Both the position numbers and the translations under genes were made by a program. DNA of 63,270 bases, filler included, from Octopus bimaculoides (Eukaryota), in assembly GCF_001194135.2 (NCBI RefSeq). It is 5 parts of 5 records of this genome, joined end to end, with 100 filler letters (N's around TTAATTAATTAA, not from the genome) between each part and the next. Parts side by side here need not be neighbours in the genome. Positions count along the whole stretch, not along the records: positions 1 to 14,238 come from NC_068990.1; positions 14,339 to 44,948 come from NC_068997.1; 3 more parts are not named here. One strand, given 5' to 3'. Positions 12,720 to 25,378 of this stretch are shown piece after piece (the first letter of the stretch is position 1; each line of letters starts with the position of its first letter). Under the pieces are notes generated by a model that had not been told where the DNA came from, made no database searches, and saw only the letters and a list, made by a program, of their open reading frames with translations.

Positions 12720-13000
12720 GTTTTGTCTTGCAAGTTGCTTAGCAACCATGCTGGTGCTGGTGCCATGTAAAAGACACCTGTACTGGTGACACATAAGAAG
12801 CATCAGTGCCAGTGCAATGTGAAGAAGCGTCAGTGCAGGTGCTATAAAAAAAGAAGTACACTCTGTAAAGTGGTTAGCATTAGAAAGAGCATCCAGAAAC
12901 AATGCCAAAACAGGAGACTGATTCAGCAGTTCATCTTGCTGGCGTCAATCAAAGTGTCCAAGTGATGCCATGGAAAACGTATGTTGAACAATGATGATAA
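12720..13000 (+). mobile_element. Degraded RTE 3' UTR copy
   Basis: GGTGGCAC.TAA...TACACTCTGTAAAGTGGTTAGCATTAGAAAGAGCATCCAG...CATGGAAAACGTATGTTGAACAATGATG. Confidence 0.65.
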
Positions 13001-13082
13001 TATATATATATATAGGTGTGTGTGTGTGTGTATATATATATATATGTGTGTGTAGATGTATGTGTATATATATGTATGTATA

Positions 13083-13142
<60 letters not shown>

Positions 13143-13256
13143 GTGTATATATATATATATGTATAATATATGTGTGTGTTTATATATGTGTGTGTATATA
13201 TATGTGTGTATATATATATGTATACATGTATATATGCATATGTATATGTTTATGTA

Positions 13257-13311
<55 letters not shown>

Positions 13312-13544
13312 ATATATATGTATATGTATGTATATATGTATATATATGTATATGTATGTATATATGTATGTATATATATATGTATATGTATGTATATATA
13401 TATATGTATATGTATGTATATATATATGTATATGTATGTCTATATATATATATGTATATGTATGTGTGTGTAAATATATATATATATATATATGTATATA
13501 TAAATATGTATATATATATGTATATATATATATATTTATATATG

Positions 13545-13597
<53 letters not shown>

Positions 13598-13600
13598 ATA
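13001..13600. repeat. (TA)n/(TATG)n compound microsatellite
   Basis: Directly visible; explains the YI/CV-rich ORFs in the track. Confidence 0.95.
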
Positions 13601-13617
13601 AATATGTCTAATACATA

Positions 13618-14150
13618 CAGGAGTTGCAGCTGGTGATTGGGAGAGGGAGGCACAAGACCGTCATGGATGGTGTAAGATAGTGCATGATGGTTGTTCAAGG
13701 TTTGAGAGGGAAAGAGTGAAGTATGAGAGAATTAGGAGGGGGCTTAGAAGGGGGGAACCTCAGGAAAGTCAGAGAGTGTTGCTTTTTATGTGTGTGGTTT
13801 GTGGGCAGATGTGTTTGAGTTGTACAGGCCTGATGAGCCATCAAAATTCTCACAGAAATCGACACATGATAAACAATGTTGTGGCTATTAAAATTCACAA
13901 CAGCACATGTGTAAAATGTGGAAGGGTGTGCCTCTCAATTGTAGGTCTAAAAAGGCATGTTAAGAGAGTGCATATGGTGGCACCTGTTTCTCCTGCCAGC
14001 CAGCACAGTTGTCTAGTATGTAATAAGATGTGTAAAAGCTTGGCTGGGCTTAAAAGTCATATAAGGACATCACATAGCAACAATCATGTATCATTTCAGT
14101 AAGTCTTCTTGGCAATGGGTTTTCTTGTGTAACGAGGATGCAGCTGTGAT
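13618..14150 (+). mobile_element. RTE (BovB-like) LINE 3' end with three C2H2 zinc fingers
   Basis: Open frame from ~13620 to 14102: [35 protein letters not shown] (RTE C-terminal signature), then CVVCGQMCLSCTGLMSHQNSH, CVKCGRVCLSIVGLKRHVKRVH and CLVCNKMCKSLAGLKSHIRTSH. A short 3' UTR and a microsatellite tail follow. Confidence 0.75.
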
Positions 14151-14394
14151 GTGTATATATATATATATATACATACATACATGTATATACATATATGTAT
14201 ATGTATATATGTGTGTGTGTGTATATATATATATATATNNNNNNNNNNNNNNNNNNNNNNNNNNNNNNNNNNNNNNNNNNNNTTAATTAATTAANNNNNN
14301 NNNNNNNNNNNNNNNNNNNNNNNNNNNNNNNNNNNNNNCATCTGGTGTGGTAAGGATACTGCCAGCTTGCCCTCCTAATAAAAATAATAACAAT

Positions 14395-14665
14395 AACAAT
14401 GGCCTCTCCCATTGAGGATGAAGTATGAGTTTTCAGTTTTGGCAGAATGACCTGCACAAATGATTTGCTTATAGTGATCAAATGTTTGTGCCACACATTA
14501 GCTCACTCGATGTTGTCTGGAAAGGTGCACAGTGTGCCACATGTCACATGTCAAAGTGACCGTAGAACAACATGTGGTGAAGAGTTTTGCTTAAGAAAAC
14601 AATGCATCACCCGGTCCAGGAACTGAAACAACGATCTCACAGTTATGAGTGCAACCCCTAAGCTA
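14395..14665 (-). mobile_element. CORE/Meta-like tRNA SINE
   Basis: The reverse strand has a tRNA-like head (GTTTCAGTTCC B-box remnant) and TTCTTAAGCAAAACTCTTCACCACATG core-like sequence. Confidence 0.55.
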
Positions 14666-14685
14666 TGTGTCCTCACAATGATTAT

Positions 14686-14702
14686 AGTAATAATAATAAT
14701 AA

Positions 14703-14756
<54 letters not shown>

Positions 14757-14870
14757 TAATAATAAGAAGAAGAAGAAGAAGAAGATGAAGAAGAAGAAGA
14801 AGAAGAAGAAGAAGAAGAAGAAGAAGAAGAAGAAGAAGAAGAAGAAGAAGAAGAAGAAGAAGAAGAAAAA
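14686..14870. repeat. (AAT)n-(AAG)n compound microsatellite
   Basis: Directly visible. Confidence 0.97.
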
Positions 14871-15344
14871 AACAATACCAACGATAATGATTATAATGAG
14901 GGGGAGGAGGCGGAGGGGGATGATGATGATGGTGACGCTGACAGCAATGATGACAATGACAATGATGTTGTAAGAGGTAATGCTTAAGAAAGAACAAACA
15001 AATCTATTTGTTGATCTCTGCAAAGTTGTGCTTTAATAAATGAATGATAATAGAGAATCAAAGAAAATAAGAATTTTCTCAAGATTTCATCTTGAATCGT
15101 CTTGAATCATCTTTTGTATATCTTTTGTACATCTGCGTAAAAGTTAACATTGAAATAATGTGAATCCAATTATACCACTTAAAAGACTTGTTCCAGTCAG
15201 TAGACTGTGGCCATGCTGCAGCACAATCTTGAAACTACTAAACTGTCGAAATTTCCTATCTACAATGTTCCAATGTTTGAATTCTAGATTTAAAAGGAAG
15301 TCTCCAACCACATGCTGTGGAATTACCATTGTGTCATAATAATG

Positions 15345-15545
15345 ATTTTGAATTTTGGCACAATGCCAGCAGTTTCAGGGGAAGAGGTAAGTTGATTACA
15401 TTGACCCCAGTGCTCAAACTGGTACTTATTTTATTGACCCCGAAAAGATGAAGTGCAAAGTCTACCCCAGTGGAATTTGAACTCAGAATTTGAAGGCAGA
15501 CGAAATGCTGCTAACCTGGTGCCATTAAGATTCAACCATCATGCT
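15345..15545 (-). mobile_element. Nin/Deu-core SINE
   Basis: CCCCAGTGCTCAAACTGGTACTTATTTTATTGACCCCGAAAAGATGAAG.GCAAAGTC...GAATTTGAACTCAGAA. Confidence 0.8.
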
Positions 15546-15658
15546 GCCTTATTGTTGCATCGTAATATTAACAAGATCCATCAAGATCCATTTTCTCTGT
15601 TAGTAACAAGGAAAATAAAAGACAATTACATGTTGTAGCTGCTGTTGTATTTATGAGG

Positions 15659-15777
15659 TCATCTTTGAAATTCCATTAAAACATCTCTTCCGTATTGAAC
15701 GAATTCTTTAAATGCTGCATCAATTAGATGCACAGTTCTTTTGACAGGTTCTTCAATAAAACAAACAGGATTCATAA
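15659..15777 (-). other. Candidate terminal coding exon or ancient RT remnant
   Basis: AG acceptor after a pyrimidine tract, then VMNPVCFIEEPVKRTVHLIDAAFKEFVQYGRDVLMEFQR*. No homolog recognised. Confidence 0.2.
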
Positions 15778-16249
15778 CTATCTTAATGAGGAGGAAGAAA
15801 GCTTTTTACCTGAACCAATTAACGAATCTTTACATGGTCACTCATTGAGCTAAAAACAGCAGCTAAATCTTCTACAAACTATGTCTAACCATTTCCAAAT
15901 TAAAGTGAACATTCAGTAATGTAGTCCTAGATATGCTGTACCTTAGATAAAAGAGATGAAATTCTAATCACAAGGAATACTTTTTCATCATAGATTTGCT
16001 TAATTGCAGCTAACCTGAGGCTAAAAAACAACAAAACAACAACAAAACAACAACAGGTTTTTATGATTGTCTTTTCTCCATTAAAGGAACATCTTTGCCA
16101 AATGTCTTACTAATCAAAGAGAAAGCCTTTATTTATTGAAGCTACTTCACATTATCTTAATCAAAGAATATATCTATCATTTCAGATGTAGGATTTGAAG
16201 ATTTATTGAATCAGATAATAAAACCAAGAGAGGAGATAACATAGGGGAA

Positions 16250-16425
16250 GGGGTGGCTGTGTGGTAAGAAGTTTGTTTCCCAGCCACATGGTTCCAGGTT
16301 CAATCCCCTTGCATGGCACCTTAGGTAATTGCTTTTTACAATAGCTTCAAGCTGACCAAAGTCTTGTGAGTGCATTCAGCAGATGCAAACTGAAAGAATC
16401 CCATCATATATATATATATGTTCTG
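16250..16425 (+). mobile_element. CORE/Meta-like tRNA SINE 5' part
   Basis: GGTGGCTGTGTGGTAAGAAG...CACATGGTTCCAGGTTCAATCCC...GGCACCTTAGGTAA..GACCAAAGTCTTGTGAGTG; A and B boxes visible. Confidence 0.8.
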
Positions 16426-17389
16426 TTCTGTGATATAAAATTCAACAAAAAAAGTGCTCCATCTGGTGAAAGATAAATATTTCTTTAAAGGACATGTCTT
16501 TAAGTGTTACTAATGATATGGGGTTTGTGCTTGAAGAATATGTTTGAGATATTTCTCAACATATGAAGCTATTAGTAGCACTTAAGCACACATGTTGTGT
16601 CCTTTGAATAAATAATATATATATATACCGACCAAACATCAAAGAGATTCCGTCTACTAACCTCCTGTCTTTTGTATATTCTTCAAGTGAATCTCTAATG
16701 ACTTTATTGTATGTTGCCTTTATTTTTGAAGACAGCAGGCAGTGACTTGAGGGAGATTTAGTTGATATTTTAAGCACAGTGAATAGCCATGGAGAAGCAT
16801 CCTTGTGTGCTTGCCAAAATCTCTATTGACTGAAGACATGCATAATATATAAGAGGCCATGTTGTGTGTGCATGTAAATGAGGCTTGTTTGGAGGGAGAA
16901 AGAGTGTGTTGTGGTTGTCAGCTTAGAAAATGGGTGGAATTAGAGGCGGCAACAAATAGGTTGTTATTAATGCTGATGGAAGAGAAACTCAAGTGCATTC
17001 TACTTTATTATCATTGATCTCTAACAAAGAGTGGAGTTGATGGGAGGGAAATCAAACGAAGTGCTATCAATGTATATTGTTATATGGCCTCTGCTGCTAC
17101 CTGACAGCAGACTCTCTATCAAGGGGATTAAGGATGGCAGCGACCCATAGCCGTTTCGGAAAATAGCAAATCAAAGTATCACCCAGTTTAATTAAAAAAC
17201 TATCACAGGGTCCTACTGAGGAGAAAATTGCCAGATGTGCACTGATATTCTGAAGTCAGAAGATTCACAAATGGAGAGAGAGAGAGAATGATATTGAGTT
17301 GGCGGGGGAGGAGGAGATTTGATGGGGTTTGAGAGTAAGAGGGGGAGGAATGAATAAGATGGGGAAGGAGAGAAGCTAGATTGAAAAAA

Positions 17390-17830
17390 AACTACAATAC
17401 ATTCACACAAACACACATGTACTCAAGCATACACAAGCATGCACACAAATACATGCACACACATGCATGTAAACACAGATACACTGAAACACACAAGCAC
17501 AGGCATACCCACAAATACACATGCACACAAACACGTTCACACACTGACAAATGCATACACATATACCCTAACACACAAACACACAAGCACATACACACAC
17601 ACTCACGAACACAGACAAGCACACAGATAAACAAGTGCATACATACATGCATGCACACACACACAGACAAGCACAAAGATATACACAAATACACTGAAAC
17701 ACCCAGACGAATGCATACATACAAACACATTCATAGATACATGCACATGCACCTACAAGCAGGCAAATACACACACATACATATACACATATACACACAA
17801 ACACATACATACATACAAATACACACGTCT
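17390..17830. repeat. Degenerate (CA)n/(CATA)n simple repeat
   Basis: Directly visible; source of the H/T- and C/V-rich ORFs. Confidence 0.9.
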
Positions 17831-19029
17831 ACACACTTGTTCTATATTTTGAGATGAATGGGAATTTTTTTCGTTTTTTTTTTTTCTCCTCATGATTCTT
17901 TTAAATTTTGTTCTTGGAAAGAAACTACGAGAAAATGATGTCTAACCATGTTTGTTGTTGTTATTGTTGTGGAAACTTATGTTCATGTTGTTGTCTTTTG
18001 TTTTCTTCACATGAATATTCTTTGAGATATAATACAGTAATACATGGCGTAAAAATACAAAAAAAAAAAAGCACAAATAAAAGATAGTACGGCATGTAGA
18101 GATCACACAACATAATTTAATCATCTAAAAATATATAAAAGAAACGCCAAAACAAAAACAAAATCGTTGGTTTTTGTTAAATTCTTTAGAATTTTATTTC
18201 CCTAATACTTTGATATGTTAAGCAAATCAATCAGAAAAATATTGAAATATTGAAATTGGTACTAATTATTCTAATAATTGGCAGTTGGTAAAAATTTCAT
18301 CGATCTGATATATATTGATATTTTTTCTTGATTCTGAGAAAATCTGGAATAAAAATAAACAAATGAATAAATAAAAAAGTATAAATATAATAAACAACAA
18401 CAACAACAATAATAATAATTAGAAAGAGTTCCGTGCACGTATCGCAAACGAACAAATGGATATTTCTATAAGTTATTCTTTTCTGTTTTTTTTAATTCAA
18501 CAAAAAATGTTGAATCATTTGTAAATAAATTGAAAAACAATACACTCTTCGCATGTCTGCAGAAGAAATTCACTCAGTTGATTGGTTGCTTTTCCAAAAA
18601 TGACATATTAAGCTAATCAATTGACTTAGTGTTCTTCTTTTTCCCAGTATTTTGTATTGAATAACATATTAACCCGATTCTAGAGGCAGAACTATTGAAA
18701 TGAAGGGAAAAGATAACCATTTCAAAGATTCATTTAACTGGTCCCTAACCCCCATTTCATGCAGACAAATTCCAATTTTAACCCTATAACTTAATTTCTA
18801 GTCTGACAATAAACAATAACAACATGAAATTTATGTAATTTTTTTAATTTCCCTCAAAGGGATCGAGAATGAATCAAAAATATTTGAATAATATTTATAA
18901 AATATTAGCAAAATCTGATGATTTTTACTTTCCAAAGGCAAATTTTTCCAATGGTTTTCACTAGACTAGGCATAGGCAGATTTAAACCACATGTGTATGC
19001 AGACAAATACAAATACATACATATATAAG

Positions 19030-19480
19030 TGTGGGCATGGCTGTGTGGTACGATGCTTGGTTCCTAGCTACATGGTTTTTGGTTCAAGCAACTGTCTTCA
19101 ATTATAGCCACAAGCTGACCAAAGCATTGTGAGTGGATTTGGTAGATGGAAACTGAAAGAAGCCTATTGTGTGTGTGTGTGTGTGTGAGAGTGCATATGT
19201 ATATAACTATGTGTGTGTGTGTGATTGTATATGTATATATATCTATGTGCGTGTGTGTGTCTTAGTGTCTGTGTTTATCCCTACCATCTCTTGACAACCA
19301 ATGTTGGTTTGTTTACATCCCCGTAACTTGGTGGTTCAGCAGAAGTGAATGATACAATGAGTACCAGGCTTAAAATAAGTAAGTCCTTGAGTTGACTCAT
19401 TTGACTTAAAAGGAAGGAAAAAATTCTTCCTGGCTTTACCTCAGCATGGCCATAGTCAAATGGCTGAAACAATTAATAGA
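19030..19480 (+). mobile_element. Full-length CORE/Meta-like SINE with internal (GT)n
   Basis: Colinear with 58296-58675 (head, core, internal microsatellite, TTGACAACC..., GTCAAATG.CTGAAAC 3' end). Confidence 0.8.
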
Positions 19481-19534
19481 CAAAAACATACATGCACACA
19501 CACACACACACGCACACACACACACACACACACG

Positions 19535-19573
<39 letters not shown>

Positions 19574-19760
19574 AGTCACNNNNNNNNNNNNNNNNNNNNN
19601 NNNNNNNNNNNNNNNNNNNNNNNNNNNNNNNNNNNNNNNNNNNNNNNNNNNNNNNNNNNNNNNNNNNNNNNNNNNNNNNNNNNNNNNNNNNNNNNNNNNN
19701 NNNNNNNNNNNNNNNNNNNNNNNNNNNNNNNNNNNNNNNNNNNNNNNNNNNNNNNNNNNN

Positions 19761-20116
19761 GATCGTTACCAGCGTCGCCTTCCTGGCACTTGTGCCAGTG
19801 GCACGTGAAAAGACATTCAAGCGAGATCATTGTCAGTGCCGCTGGACTGGCTCCTGTGCAGGTGGCACATAAAATACACCATTTTGAGCTTGGCCGTTGC
19901 CAGTACCGCATGAGTGGCCTTCATGCCGGTGGCACGTAAAAGCACCCACTACACTCTCGGAGTGGTTGGTGTTAGGAAGGGCATCCAGCTGTAGAAACTC
20001 TGCCAGATCAGATTGAAGCCTGGTGTAGCCACCTGGTTCACCAGTCCTCAGTCAAATCGTCCAACCCATGCCAGCATGGAAAGCGGACGTTAAACGATGG
20101 TGATGATGATGATGAT
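19761..20116 (+). mobile_element. RTE 3' UTR copy with (GAT)n tail, 5' side in gap
   Basis: Matches 540-940. Confidence 0.85.
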
Positions 20117-20807
20117 ATATTGCATTGAATATGTGACCAACTGGGCAGAAATATGTCTGAAAAAAAAGCATCATTTCTTAACTTAATAAAAACATTCATT
20201 GGTAAACAAAGTAAGCATGGAGTTTCTAGATGGACACTTTTTTTGCTAGAAATAGCAACCAAATGTCTTCAAATTACATCTTATTGTCTTAAGAAAGGAA
20301 AACCATTGGGTAATGTCCACCTAGATGTTCAGTACCTGAATAAAATAGTAGGGCCTTTGATCATAGTTGGCTTGATCAAGGTTACACATCGAAGACCTGA
20401 GATTATGCAACAACAACAACAATAACAACAATATTGGTGAATCAAATGTATTGTAGAAATATCGATAATTTGACCTCCGATCTCATTAAAGCTAATACAA
20501 ATCTAGAAATTAAAATGTATGTTTCTTATATAATCATTAAGTTACTATAAAGGTTAATTACCATCAAATATTGGCTTTGACAGATATAATTAATGAGATT
20601 TTATTCCTCCTTTCCAGGAGTATAATTCAATCATGTATAAAAGGATTTTAGTCCTCAAGTGAAGATCTGTCTTAATGTATTCCATCGACTCAAACTGCCC
20701 TTCTTTATTTACAATACTTTCAAAACTATTATGCCTGTCGTAGCCATTATTTTTACAAATCTATTACTCGAAATATTTCCTTGAAAATGATTTTGACTAC
20801 AATTTTA

Positions 20808-20867
<60 letters not shown>

Positions 20868-21289
20868 TGACAAATTGGTTGGTGGGATGTCTTCAGGCCT
20901 TTGTGTCCTGAGTTTTATTCTGTTATGATCGACTTTGCTTCTCATCCTTTTGGGTTCAATAAAAAAGTACCAGTTGAGTACTACCAGTACTCAACTGAGA
21001 GAAAGAGGAAGCCATGCATGCATCACAACAAATAGTTTCACATATATTTGCTGATGCAAGTTTTACTGTTGCACAATGATTGTAAAAATTAAAAAAACAA
21101 AATTCAATATATTGATTGTTTTTTTTTTAGGAAGCAATTTTTTTAAAATTCTTAAATCAGGTTTCTGAAAGAATATGAATGAAACCTCAAAAATGGAAAG
21201 CGCTTTGAATTGATGAAGAAAACAATACGAAAACAAATGAAAATATTTGACTTTGGTGATATGGTTCATATTTTAAGTGGCATTATATT

Positions 21290-21620
21290 GACAGAATTGG
21301 TCAAACATCTGACAAATGTCTTGTAGTGTTTAGTCAAAATGTAAATTTAATCTCAGCACGGCCAATTTTGTATGTTCTTAATTCCAGAGTCAATAAAATT
21401 AATACCAGTAAAATACTGGGGTTGATAGTCATTTCAAAGTTTGGCACAAGGCCAGAAATTTAAGGGGAGGGGCATAATCAATTATGTTGACCCCAGTGTT
21501 CAACTGGTATTGATTTTATTGAACCTGAAAGAATGAAAGGTAAAGTTGACCTCATTGGTATTTGAACTCAGAACATGATATCAAAAGAAATGCTGCCAAG
21601 CATTTTGTCTGTGGTAATTC
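21290..21620. mobile_element. Two Nin/Deu-core SINEs, tail-to-tail (+ then -)
   Basis: GACAGAATTGG...TCCAGAGTCAATAAAAT (+), followed by CCCCAGTGTTCAACTGG...GAAAGGTAAAGTTGACC..TTTGAACTCAGAA (-). Confidence 0.65.
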
Positions 21621-21797
21621 TGGGATTGATAATGGTTTGACTGTTCTCATCCAGACATTGTGAGTTGAGATGTTGTTAGGAACCGATATTTTATATTTTA
21701 AATTGGAAAATAATTTGTTTCAGTCTGCATGATTTATGTGATTGATAAATCTTGAAGTCAAATAACAGCATATATAGAAAAATATATGTATATATAC

Positions 21798-21856
<59 letters not shown>

Positions 21857-21858
<2 letters not shown>

Positions 21859-22020
21859 CGAGGGGGTGCTAGAAAGTTCCTGGCTTTGAGTAAAAGAAAA
21901 TACAGGCTCATCTGTTAATTATGATTTTATTCAACATATTCCCCTCTCAGATTCAAACACTTATTGCAACGGTCCTTCAGTTTTTCTAAGCCCTGTAAAA
22001 GAACTTGGAATGTTGAAACT
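21857..22020 (-). mobile_element. Mariner terminal fragment (transposase C-terminus and TIR)
   Basis: TA then CGAGGGGGTGCTAGAAAGTTCC TIR at 21859. The minus-strand ORF ends QGLEKLKDRCNKCLNLRGEYVE*, the canonical mariner C-terminus. Confidence 0.85.
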
Positions 22021-22029
22021 CTTAAAGTA

Positions 22030-22335
22030 AGAATCTTTTCAGCAACCCCCATGTATACCTGTCGTTGTGGTTTTGGGGCACGAAGCAAAGCAGGCCTTGC
22101 TGTCCACTCAAGATAACGCATAGAAAACGATCCACAAGCACTCAAGCAAACCGAATCCTCAACTTGTTCCATTTGCCAAAATGTTTGCAAGGCACCAGCA
22201 GTCATCAAGAGACACATTTGTGTCTATAGAACATGATTACCGCTTTATTTTACAGAATCTTCCTTTCTTGTTTACAACAAGAGAATCCATCATATATCAT
22301 CATCAGCGTCATCATCATCATCATCATCATCATTA
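22030..22335 (+). mobile_element. RTE LINE 3' end with two degenerate zinc fingers and (CAT)n tail
   Basis: YTCRCGFGARSKAGLAVHSR*R...STCSICQNVCKAPAVIKRHICVY, then a short 3' UTR and CATCATCAT. Confidence 0.6.
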
Positions 22336-22347
22336 TCATCGAGGATG

Positions 22348-22407
<60 letters not shown>

Positions 22408-22436
22408 GTATGTATGTATCTCCTATTACATATATA

Positions 22437-22482
<46 letters not shown>

Positions 22483-23094
22483 GATATGTAGATAGATAGA
22501 TAGATATACTGCAAACATTGGAGTAATGTAGATGTAATAAAATAGCCAGAGAAATGCTTGAGACTTAGGCTAAAAGATTGGAGATTCCCAGTGATACAAG
22601 CATTTCCCATTGGCCATAATCTAGAAGTAGTTGTTGGTAATTGCTATTGTTTTCAATAGAGCTCCATAGACTTTAGTGAGATAACACGACTTGAAGTATT
22701 CAGACATCTTAAGTGAAAACATTTAATTAGATTATTGCCAACAACATTTTACAAAGCCAACCAATAGAGTCTCAATAACATGATTGATGTTGAAATTAAA
22801 CTTTCATGCTATGATTGATTACTGTGTAATGAAAGCTTATTATTTGATATGAATATTAGGTCAATATCATATTGTATATTATGGTAAGAATTATAATGTA
22901 ATATATGTAATAAAGAGTAGCATACTTGTGGAAAAAAAGGTTGCGTTAATTTTCATATCTTCTGAAATATTTTACTTATTGATATAATGTTAATGAAGGA
23001 AATATTGGTGAATTTATGCAAATATCTTGGAATTAAATCATTGATTAATTGAATGAACATGTTAGACTTTAGGAATTTTAATTTTTAAAAAATA

Positions 23095-23290
23095 GAATGG
23101 TTTGGTCAAAGGAAGAAAGAGAGTACCAGTGCTTTGGAAGATGAATTGGAGGAGACTGGCACTAGAAGTGTAGGGAAGAAGTCATCTTCAAATGAAAGAC
23201 CTGACTTGATTGATTGTCACAGAATGAACCAAAAACCCCATCAGGACCCAGCTGAGATGTTAACTCTGTCATCCTTGGTCAGAGGGATGT
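23095..23290 (+). mobile_element. Degraded RTE 3' coding end
   Basis: EWFGQRKKE...EETGTRSVGK resembles WFGHV...G.R..GRP. Confidence 0.4.
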
Positions 23291-24888
23291 TGTGAACAAC
23301 TGGACAGAGACATATGAAAGTTTAGGTTCTTGCTGAAAATTTACAAGTCTTCAGCCTAATTCCAGCCTTGTACTTTGGTGGGCCATCACTTTAACTTTTA
23401 TTGTGGTTAATCACTTTCAGTTTGTGAAATATGACCATCTCTATCTGTTTTGTCTTGAACTGCAAAACTTCCATACTCGTCAATGGAATCTTTGGTAATC
23501 TAAGAAATCTTTAGGATATATTTAATCAAATTCCAGGATCCTGCAGCTTAAATATTTTATGACCCTCCTTGGTCATTCCAGATGGACATGATAGTGCTGA
23601 TCTTAGCTTTTATGCTTAAAAGAAAAAAAAAAAAAGCAGAAATCAATTCTAAAGAAAACTTTATCTTTAAGCAGACATTTATTTGTAGAAAAATCCACAC
23701 ATCAATGATGAGAAATCTTCAGTCTGATTGGCTGAATTATTTTAAATTTTAACCTGACGTTTCTCTGTTGCCATTACATCAGTCACTAGGCAGAACATCA
23801 AGGATGAAATTTCTGGAACATTGAGAATATGCTGTATATCAGGATTAAACCAGGTGACAGGTGAAGAGATCTACCACACAATACAATGAAGAATCCAATT
23901 AATAGGCTTCTACAGTTTCCATTCACCAAATTCCACTAACAAGATTTTGGTTTATCTGATACTATGATAGAAGACAAATGTCTAAAGTGGCATAAAGTAG
24001 GACTGCACCTGAAATGGTGTAGTTATATTAAAAAAATATTAATTTCACAATCTACCATGAAGCTATAACCATCCACCATTTAACCACAGGTCATTTTTAA
24101 GTATTATTACAGGCAGTAAGAAAGAAATGCTTTGAAAAAAATGACACCTTTTTGTCTTAATTTCTTTCTTTCTATTCTTAAATTATTATGACTGTGAAGA
24201 GCTGACAACATGAATAAAAGCTGAGCTAGTCTTCATTGAAGACAATTGATTTGGTCTGTGTTAATATTTCCTTGAAATTTAAGCAAACTAAAGCCGAAAG
24301 TGAAATGTATGGAAGCTGTCACTGAATTTGAAAAGAAAAAAATGCTTAAACAATCACAGTTTCTACTGGAATATAGATTGCAACCTCAGAGAAATCTGTT
24401 AAGAACTTTATATCAAATTAAGTCAATGGAATTGAGACAATAATTATTCCTGACCTCAAAAAGGCTATATTTTCATTTCCTGTTTATGTGGCTTCAGTTG
24501 AAAAAGAAAACAAGAAAAAAGAAGAAAAAAAAGATAAATTAACCTTCTGCTGATCTCAACATTTTCAATAATGATAAATTATTACCACAACACCCTCCCC
24601 AACCCTCTTATCCTGTCCAAGGAATCTATTAAATGTTTGGGCAAAATTCTTGACAAATTAAACATGTTTTGATTTTTCTACAAGATAACTACTTAAAGTT
24701 GACCAATACAAAATGTGCTCTCCTGGCTGGAGCAGTTGTTGAGTTGTCATGGCTACTGTTATGACTAAAGACAGGAGACACAAAACTAGGTTTATGTAAA
24801 CAATAAAAAAAAGTATTTTTATTTGAAAAATTTACTTATGGTTGTTGTTGTTGTTGTTGTTGTTCTTCTTCTTCTTCTTCTTCTTCTT

Positions 24889-24919
<31 letters not shown>

Positions 24920-25239
24920 TTCTTATTCTCCTTCTTCCTCCTCCTCCTCCTCTTCTTCTTGCTGCTGCTGCTGATGTGGTTGTGTTGGTCAGTCAGTCAT
25001 AACAGAGAAGGTCTATGATAAACAGCTGGTCATTTATAGATATTGTTGGTTATCTCCTGGTCAGCACTGTCACAAAAGACTCATAATCAAAGCAGCCTTC
25101 TAGTTATGACCATCCCTCCACTTTTAAAAGTAAATTTATGGAATTTAGCTGCTATTTCAAGCAGGTCAATCAACCATATTGAGGTTGCTTGAGGAGTGAC
25201 TAAACATATATTGGCTGAAACGATTTGGGTCCAGATTTT

Positions 25240-25378
25240 GTCACATCTACGGACTCCAGAAGGATAAAAGCAAAGTTGACCTCGGTGGTATTTGAACTCA
25301 GAGTGTAAAGACAGACGAAATACCGCTAAGCATTTTGCTCACTGTTCTAACGTTTCTGCCAACTCACTGCCTTTTTCT
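25240..25378 (-). mobile_element. Nin/Deu-core SINE 5' part
   Basis: GGATAAAAGCAAAGTTGACCTCGGTGGTATTTGAACTCAGAG...GACGAAATACCGCTAAGCATTTTGC...TTCTGCCAACTCACTGCC. Confidence 0.8.

Noticed and set aside
13016-13698. Long YI/CV/HT-rich ORFs here and at 7.0-7.4, 17.4-17.9, 41.0-41.5, 50.8-51.3 and 55.2-55.9 kb; X-containing ORFs
   Set aside because: Translations of dinucleotide microsatellites or N gaps.
14283-14294. TTAATTAATTAA between N runs (also 44993-45004, ~55947-55958, 59119-59130)
   Set aside because: An identical 12-mer with stops in all six frames, centred in ~100-bp gaps: an assembly spacer, not biology.
20153-20425. 90-aa plus ORF MSEKKASFLNLIKTFIGKQ with AAA-GTAAGC donor
   Set aside because: The next good acceptor (~20618) gives an immediate in-phase stop; no homology recognised.
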